Part shown: piece after piece, positions 8,185 to 12,889 of the stretch
Position numbering within the stretch: position 1 is the stretch's first letter
Layout of the letters: the number at the start of each line of letters is the position of its first letter
NCBI GenBank assembly: GCA_022560555.1
Contig: JADFSZ010000030.1
Span: 1-12,889, forward strand
Direction: 5' to 3'
DNA length: 12,889 bases
Source: PVC group bacterium
Lineage (GTDB): Bacteria > GCA-001730085 > JADFSZ01
Translations under genes and position numbers: made by a program
Notes under the pieces: model-generated
What the model saw: the letters and a program-made list of their open reading frames with translations, nothing else
What the model was told of the DNA's origin: nothing
Database searches by the model: none

Positions 8185-9377
8185 GATCTTTGATGCTTTC
8201 CTCCGGGAAAAAGGCGCGGTATATTGTGCATGTCGATATGGACGCATTTTTTGCCGCGGTCGAGCAAAAAGATCATCCTGAATATCGGGGCCGACCCGTT
8301 GTGGTTGGCGCCAATCCTAAAGACGGACTGGGCCGCGGGGTTGTGTCAACGTGTTCGTATGAAGCCCGCCGATTCGGCATTCATTCCGCAATGCCGATCA
8401 CAAAAGCTTATCAGTTGTGTCCTCACGCGATATATCTTCCCGTCAATTTCAAACGATACAACGAAGAATCTGATAAAATATTTGAAATTTTTGAGCGTTT
8501 TACGCCGGATGTTGAACCCATCAGCATAGATGAGGCTTTTCTCGATATTACGCACACCTATAACATATTTGGTTCTCCCCAAGAGACGTGTCGCAAAATT
8601 AAGGAAGCAATTATAAAGGAAACTTGTCTGACGGCCTCCGTCGGACTTGCTCCCATAAAAATGGTCGCGAAAATCGCGAGTGACTTGGATAAACCCGATG
8701 GATTCGTTGAGGTGACTTCAGGCGGCAGTAAAGAATTTTTAGCCCCCCTGGACATCCGAAAACTCTGGGGGCTTGGGCCAAAGGGCGAAAAAATATTTCG
8801 AAAATACGGACTCAATACCATCGGAGACATCGCGAAACAAAAAACGGATTTTTTAGAGCGCATGATCGGCAGTGCCGGAAAACATTTTTGGGAATTGGCG
8901 AACGGGATCGACGATAGGGAGGTCGAAACTTCAGACGAAGTCAAGTCGATCGGAAATGAAGTTACATTTGATGTAGATGTGTCGGATGAAGATGAGATTT
9001 TATCAACAATCAGAAAACTTGCGGACAAAGTTTCGAGCCGTGTTAGAGACCAGGGCTTAAAAGGAAAAACAGTGACGCTCAAAATCCGTCTTACCGGGTT
9101 TGAGACATTTACCCGGGCATCGACGTTAAAGGAGCCCACACAGTTTTTTGACGTGATCTTGGATGCGGCCGAAAAACTGTGGGAAGATTTTAAAAAAACA
9201 AAAACAAAAAATGTTCGCTTGATCGGATTACGTATGAGTCATTTTAGTGAAGGAAGTCCGCAAATGGATTTTCTCGATCAAGCAGACGAAAAAAACAAAG
9301 AGCGCCGTCACAAAGCTTTGGATGCGGTGCGGCGAAAACACGGAAAAGACGCCATCCGTTGGGCGGGAACGCTCTAG
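8181..9377 (+). CDS. dinB: DNA polymerase IV (Y-family translesion polymerase)
   Basis: 398-aa ORF with HVDMDAFFAAVEQ and SIDEAFLDIT catalytic motifs and the usual palm/finger/little-finger length. The start could instead be ATG 8193 (MLSSGKK). Confidence 0.93.
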   Translation: MRSLMLSSGKKARYIVHVDMDAFFAAVEQKDHPEYRGRPVVVGANPKDGLGRGVVSTCSYEARRFGIHSAMPITKAYQLCPHAIYLPVNFKRYNEESDKIFEIFERFTPDVEPISIDEAFLDITHTYNIFGSPQETCRKIKEAIIKETCLTASVGLAPIKMVAKIASDLDKPDGFVEVTSGGSKEFLAPLDIRKLWGLGPKGEKIFRKYGLNTIGDIAKQKTDFLERMIGSAGKHFWELANGIDDREVETSDEVKSIGNEVTFDVDVSDEDEILSTIRKLADKVSSRVRDQGLKGKTVTLKIRLTGFETFTRASTLKEPTQFFDVILDAAEKLWEDFKKTKTKNVRLIGLRMSHFSEGSPQMDFLDQADEKNKERRHKALDAVRRKHGKDAIRWAGTL

Positions 9378-9398
9378 GGTTTTTGTAAAAGGAAACAT

Positions 9399-10433
9399 AT
9401 GAGATCATTTCATTCTTTAAGAGGCTATTTGAAAAAAAAAGATGTTTTTAATAGAGCCGGGCTGCGTTTTTCACAGCTTGTGAGAGGCCGGCATGCTTTT
9501 GGCCAGCCGAAGATTATTCAAATTGAAACAACCGCTAGCTGTAACCTAAAATGTGTCATGTGTCCACACGGAAAGGACGGCGTATTCTCGGATGGCAGAA
9601 AAGCATTTATGACTCATCAGGAATTTGCGAATGTCTTGGATAAATTTCCTAAAGCAACATCGGTATCTTTGCAAGGCGTAGGTGAGCCAATGCTAAACCC
9701 GGATCTTCCTAGGATCGTCTCGGAGGCGGTTCGTAGAGGAATGGAAACGGGATTTTATACCAACGGAACTCTTCTTTCGTCAGGTAACTGCGAATGGATT
9801 TTGCGCTCAGGCCTAAATTGGATTATTGTTTCGTTAGATGCGGGAACCCCGGAAGAATTTAAAAGGATACGAAAGGGCGCAGATTTAAATAAAATTATGA
9901 GCAATCTGAAAGGATTGATAAAAGCAAAAAAAGAGCTAAAAGCAAGAAATCCTTCCGTTGGAATAATGTTTGTAGCCATGCCAAGCAATGTCAATGAAAT
10001 AAGTTCTGTTATTGATATTGCTGTGGAAGCCGGCGTTGATTGGTTGAGCATTAAAGGATGCCATGGAGGGCTTTCCTCAAATGAAAAGGAGTGGGCGGTT
10101 TCAGAAGAAGATTTTAAAAAATTACAAGCCGCCATCAAAACAGAGAAGGCGAAAGCGTTGACAATTCACATGGATTCACGAGAGGTGGACCCTCGCATCC
10201 GTGGGCCGAAAAAAAGCAGAATGAAATGTACATGGGCGTGGGAAAAAACGTATATCTCGGTTGATGGGTCTGCATGCCCTTGCTGCTATGCTTTGCCGGA
10301 ACTTGGGATGAGTGTTGGGAATATCTTTACGGATGATTTTAAAAACATTTGGAACAATGCAAAATATACCCAATTTCGAGAAAAAATCAAAAACGAGGTA
10401 GCTGACGTGTGTGAAAAATGTCCATTGTATTAA
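9399..10433 (+). CDS. radical SAM enzyme with C-terminal Cys-rich SPASM/twitch-like domain, substrate unknown
   Basis: 344-aa ORF. C48-x3-C52-x2-C55 (CNLKCVMC), then GVGEPMLNP and YTNGTLL core motifs. C-terminal C277-x15-C293-x-C295-C296-x41-C338-x2-C341 with GNIF...IW spacing as in SPASM domains. AAGGAA SD lies upstream. Confidence 0.85.
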   Translation: MRSFHSLRGYLKKKDVFNRAGLRFSQLVRGRHAFGQPKIIQIETTASCNLKCVMCPHGKDGVFSDGRKAFMTHQEFANVLDKFPKATSVSLQGVGEPMLNPDLPRIVSEAVRRGMETGFYTNGTLLSSGNCEWILRSGLNWIIVSLDAGTPEEFKRIRKGADLNKIMSNLKGLIKAKKELKARNPSVGIMFVAMPSNVNEISSVIDIAVEAGVDWLSIKGCHGGLSSNEKEWAVSEEDFKKLQAAIKTEKAKALTIHMDSREVDPRIRGPKKSRMKCTWAWEKTYISVDGSACPCCYALPELGMSVGNIFTDDFKNIWNNAKYTQFREKIKNEVADVCEKCPLY

Positions 10434-10460
10434 TAAACGGCTGTGATTATTGGGATTTTC

Positions 10461-10487
10461 AAAAAAGGCCGTGCGTTAAGCACGGCC
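10461..10487 (-). terminator. Rho-independent terminator between convergent genes (best on the minus strand)
   Basis: GGCCGTGC (10467-10474), loop GTTAA, GCACGGCC (10480-10487). On the minus strand the stem is followed by TTTTTT (10466-10461). On the plus strand only an upstream A-run is present, so termination there is weaker. Confidence 0.75.
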
Positions 10488-10520
10488 CGGTGGTTGGAGA
10501 TATGCCGACAGCATAGGGTA

Positions 10521-10829
10521 TTAATAAGAAGTGTAATACGTACTTGTCGTGTAATAACCGCTGTGATAAATGCCATACGCATCATAAAACCCCGGAACCC
10601 ACACCCGGGTGGACGGATAGTCATAAACAACCGTGTGCACCGGTGCATGATGATACGCGTGCGATGTGTATGTTGCGTGGTGGCCATGGTGAGATGAATG
10701 AGCGGCTGTGGACAATAAAGCAAATCCTGCCAATCCGCCGAGAACCCAAGGCCATGCATCTCCGGCATAAGCGGTGGAACTCGAAAGAAGAAAAACGGCC
10801 AAAACGATAACTGCAAGTAACTTTTTCAT
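10521..10829 (-). CDS. small secreted His/Tyr-rich protein, function unknown
   Basis: Start chosen at ATG 10829 (MKKLLAVIVLAVFLLSSSTAYA|GD) because AAGGAG lies 7 nt upstream. The longer 140-aa ORF version has no such support. 102 aa with a Sec-type signal peptide and the terminator 30 nt after the stop. Confidence 0.7.
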   Translation of the reverse strand: MKKLLAVIVLAVFLLSSSTAYAGDAWPWVLGGLAGFALLSTAAHSSHHGHHATYTSHAYHHAPVHTVVYDYPSTRVWVPGFYDAYGIYHSGYYTTSTYYTSY

Positions 10830-10851
10830 GATGAATCTCCTTGTTCGATTT

Positions 10852-10865
10852 TGTGTGTGTGTGTG
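10852..10865. repeat. (TG)7 / (CA)7 dinucleotide tract
   Basis: Seven perfect TG units counted directly. They lie between the inverted repeat and the Shine-Dalgarno of the His/Tyr-rich protein gene. Confidence 0.95.
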
Positions 10866-10868
10866 CTT

Positions 10869-10895
10869 CATGGGCCTTATAGAGCAAGGCCCATG
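10869..10895. promoter_or_regulatory. perfect 10-bp inverted repeat with 7-nt spacer; candidate operator or leader hairpin
   Basis: CATGGGCCTT (10869-10878), spacer ATAGAGC, AAGGCCCATG (10886-10895). On the minus strand it covers a -10-like TATAAG (10881-10876), with TTGGGC (10904-10899) 17 nt upstream. No U-run follows on either strand, so it is not a classical terminator. Confidence 0.5.
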
Positions 10896-11008
10896 CCAGC
10901 CCAAATCGTGCTGAAAAATGGCCTCAAGGAGAAATTTTCTCATTAAAACGGAGCCATTCTGCCCGTCCCCTATAGCTTCTATTTAATTTAGACAAAGGAA
11001 ATCTCCAA

Positions 11009-11695
11009 ATGGTTTCAACAAAAAAATATCACCATGTGTGGGATCTAACTACCAGAGAAGCCAAAGACTTACAAGCAAATCACAGATCTCTTGTGATCTT
11101 GACGCCTCCCAAGGGGCCGATCCGCCGTATTGCCGCGTGTGATGTGTCCTTCTCGAGACATGCCGAAGATCTCTATGCGGGGGTGGCTGTCTTTAGCTAC
11201 CCGGACTTAAGGCTTTTAGATAAAGCGACCGCAAAAGTCAAAATAACATTTCCATACGTCCCCGGATATCTGTCCTTCAGGGAAACCCCGGCTGTATTAG
11301 AAGCGTTTAAACATATAAAAATTCAGTCGGATTGCATTATCTTGGATGGACAGGGCCTCGCTCATCCCCGATTTTTTGGGCTGGCTTGTCACGTGGGCCT
11401 TTGGATGAATTGTCCCACGATCGGATGTGCCAAGAGTCGTCTCATAGGAGAATTTGTAGACCCCGACATGACAAAAGGATCTTCATCTCCACTCAAAATA
11501 GGGTTCCGGACGGTGGGCGCTGTGCTTAGGACACGTTCCGGCGTAAAGCCGCTTTTTGTCTCACCGGGACATCTTATGGATATTTCAACAGCAAAAAAAA
11601 TCATTCTCAGTTTATGTGTGAAGTACCGGATTCCGGAACCCATCCGATATGTTCATGATTTGGTCAATGCGGCACGCCGGCGGGAAGAATCTTGA
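11009..11695 (+). CDS. nfi: endonuclease V (deoxyinosine 3' endonuclease)
   Basis: 228-aa ORF with Nfi motifs IAACDVSF, PYVPGYLSFRE, DGQGLAHPRFFGLACHVG and IGCAKS. AAGGA SD lies upstream. Confidence 0.9.
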   Translation: MVSTKKYHHVWDLTTREAKDLQANHRSLVILTPPKGPIRRIAACDVSFSRHAEDLYAGVAVFSYPDLRLLDKATAKVKITFPYVPGYLSFRETPAVLEAFKHIKIQSDCIILDGQGLAHPRFFGLACHVGLWMNCPTIGCAKSRLIGEFVDPDMTKGSSSPLKIGFRTVGAVLRTRSGVKPLFVSPGHLMDISTAKKIILSLCVKYRIPEPIRYVHDLVNAARRREES

Positions 11696-12258
11696 GAGAT
11701 CTCTTTGGGATGAACAGGATAAAATGTTTTTTCAATAAGATTCAGAAAACTATGAAACGCGGCCACATCGCGGCTTTCCAAGGGGATTTTGTTGAGAATA
11801 CGCTTCATACTAAAAGAAAATTCTTCGCGCAAATGTTCATTATAAAAAGGCAGTTCCCGGAAGATTTTATCAAAATGTTCATGCATCATTTGAATTTCGG
11901 TAAAATCGGCGGTTTTTAACGTATATGTTTGATCCATCGTATGAAGCGAACGGGACAGCTCATAACAATAGATCATCACCGCGTGAGAGAGGTTGCACGA
12001 AGGATGTTTTGTGAATTGCGGGATCGCGGTAATCGCGTGGCACATGGCTAGTTCGTTTCTTAAAAGTCCGTTTGTTTCTCTGCCGAAGACAAGAGCAATG
12101 ATTGAATCGCTGGAAAGTTTTTTTAGCACAGTAGGGAGTTCATGCGGGGCATACGAGAGCCTTTGGTCCCGGCGCTTTCGCTTTCGCTGTGTGGTTCCGA
12201 TCACAAAATGAACGCCCTTTAAAGCTGTTTCTAAATTCATAAAACATGGAGTTATCAT
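11653..12258 (-). CDS. SPOUT-family (SpoU/TrmH, TrmJ-like) RNA 2'-O-methyltransferase, apparently N-terminally truncated
   Basis: LETALKGVHFVIGTTQR, IALVFGRETNGL and SCNLSHAVMIYCYEL match the middle and C-terminal SPOUT motifs of TrmJ-type enzymes. The N-terminal ~65-75 aa (first strand and motif 1) are missing, and no upstream frame encodes them. Possibly a pseudogene or an assembly artefact. Confidence 0.6.
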   Translation of the reverse strand: MITPCFMNLETALKGVHFVIGTTQRKRKRRDQRLSYAPHELPTVLKKLSSDSIIALVFGRETNGLLRNELAMCHAITAIPQFTKHPSCNLSHAVMIYCYELSRSLHTMDQTYTLKTADFTEIQMMHEHFDKIFRELPFYNEHLREEFSFSMKRILNKIPLESRDVAAFHSFLNLIEKTFYPVHPKEISQDSSRRRAALTKS

Positions 12259-12889
12259 CGCTGTGATAGTCCACCCACATCAGACCAAGGTCGAGACTAT
12301 CTGACCAGTTATAATCAACTGATATTCGACTAACACGACCGGCGTTGTCAGCCAATTCCTTCCAAACGGCCAGTACTTGTATTCTCTCATTTAATGCCGT
12401 CCAGTAGAGCCTGGATCCAAAACTGATCTGGTCTTCATCAGCCTGCATAAACGCGTCGTGATCTCGCGTGTGGATGCTATCTATTTCAAAAGTGAGCAGC
12501 AGGTTTCTGAAACCGCTATATTCGATACCCAATACACTCAACAATTGATCCTTCTGATCCCAACCGTTTAGCTGACGGAAGAAGTCATCACTATTGGGAC
12601 GCACCGCCTGGTCAAGGTGCATCCCCAACTCGCCAAAGTACAGCCAGGAACCTCCCACCCAGTTCGCCGCTATACCAAGGGCACGCATGCGGTTCTGCCG
12701 GTAGGTCACCCGTGGGCTCACCGATTTTACGGCGGATATTTGATCGACAGTAAGCGCATTGTCGTTAAATTCGCCCAGCACCAACTGGAAATCACCGTGA
12801 TCGAAATGACTCGACGCACGAAAAAAATATTCAGTGTCTTGCTTGGTATCTTTTCGCAACAGGGTCAATCCAGAATCGCGGATTGTGAT
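12140..12889 (-). CDS. partial ORF, putative outer-membrane beta-barrel-like protein; 5' end beyond window, 3' tail reads into the trmJ-like gene
   Basis: The frame is open to the window edge (ITIRDSGLTLLRKD...). The track's M is a TTG. Alternating hydrophobic/polar, Gly/Asp/Asn/aromatic-rich segments (RISVDYNWSDSLDLGLMWVDYH, GIEYSGFRNLLLTFEID) suggest beta strands. The barrel-like part ends ...SMFYEF at 12233, followed by 30 basic, low-complexity codons. I could not assign a family by eye. Confidence 0.4.
   Translation of the reverse strand: MTIRDSGLTLLRKDTKQDTEYFFRASSHFDHGDFQLVLGEFNDNALTVDQISAVKSVSPRVTYRQNRMRALGIAANWVGGSWLYFGELGMHLDQAVRPNSDDFFRQLNGWDQKDQLLSVLGIEYSGFRNLLLTFEIDSIHTRDHDAFMQADEDQISFGSRLYWTALNERIQVLAVWKELADNAGRVSRISVDYNWSDSLDLGLMWVDYHSDDNSMFYEFRNSFKGRSFCDRNHTAKAKAPGPKALVCPA

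Noticed and set aside
8558-9139. 193-aa antisense ORF inside dinB, and similar shadow ORFs inside mvaD/mvaA/fni/mvaS/leuC/nfi/trmJ-like (for example 502..711, 766..1071, 1635..1865, 2304..2651, 4351..4620, 5867..6172, 9755..10138, 11389..11643).
   Set aside because: All lie fully within, and antisense to or out of frame with, genes that have strong family motifs. Their translations are Ser/Pro/Arg-rich low-complexity sequence with no start-site support.
9432-9440. A9 homopolymer in codons 12-14 of the radical SAM gene as a possible phase-variation or frameshift site.
   Set aside because: A7-A9 runs encoding Lys-rich stretches are common throughout this window (for example in leuC near 5530, dinB near 9190-9215 and 9290, nfi near 11020 and 11595). 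The tract reflects genome composition rather than a specific switch.
10430-10943. Alternative ORFs over the His/Tyr-rich gene region (10430..10816 -, 10443..10697 +, 10544..10810 +, 10621..10887 -, and the 140-aa long form 10521..10943).
   Set aside because: The region is stop-poor in several frames because of its biased composition. Only the frame starting at ATG 10829 combines an AAGGAG SD, a signal peptide and a terminator. The 140-aa extension would read through the palindrome and the CA tract (HTHTQ) with no SD.
1-12889. Scan for tRNA/rRNA genes, CRISPR arrays, transposase/integrase genes, terminal inverted repeats, toxin-antitoxin or recognisable defence-system genes.
   Set aside because: None recognised. 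All large ORFs are accounted for by metabolic, repair or envelope functions. The only repeats are the short elements listed as features.

Overview
Densely coding bacterial chromosomal window. I recognised no rRNA, tRNA, CRISPR, IS or phage genes. Minus strand 6-4658 is a mevalonate-pathway operon, mvaS -> fni (type 2 IDI) -> mvaA (class II HMGR) -> mvaD, with overlapping gene junctions, running off the left edge. A 387-bp AT-rich divergent control region (4659-5045) containing a 47-nt imperfect palindrome separates it from a long plus-strand block with no internal terminator. That block is leuC, leuD, gloA, a signal-peptide MORN-variant repeat protein, dinB (ATGA-coupled to the MORN gene) and an uncharacterised radical SAM enzyme with a non-canonical SPASM-like Cys tail, closed by a hairpin terminator at 10461-10487. 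Convergent to it is a 102-aa secreted His/Tyr-rich protein whose upstream region carries a perfect 10-bp inverted repeat and a (CA)7 tract. Next is endonuclease V (nfi), whose 3' end overlaps by 43 nt a TrmJ-like SPOUT methyltransferase gene. That gene lacks its first ~70 codons and abuts an OMP-like ORF open to the right edge, giving a breakpoint near 12230-12260 (deletion, rearrangement or assembly chimera). The most interesting candidates are (1) the gloA-MORN-dinB-radical SAM block as a possible methylglyoxal / DNA-adduct tolerance module with an unknown radical SAM member, and (2) the radical SAM / His-Tyr-rich protein neighbourhood. Both are hypotheses. All family calls come from motif reading by eye, not database searches.
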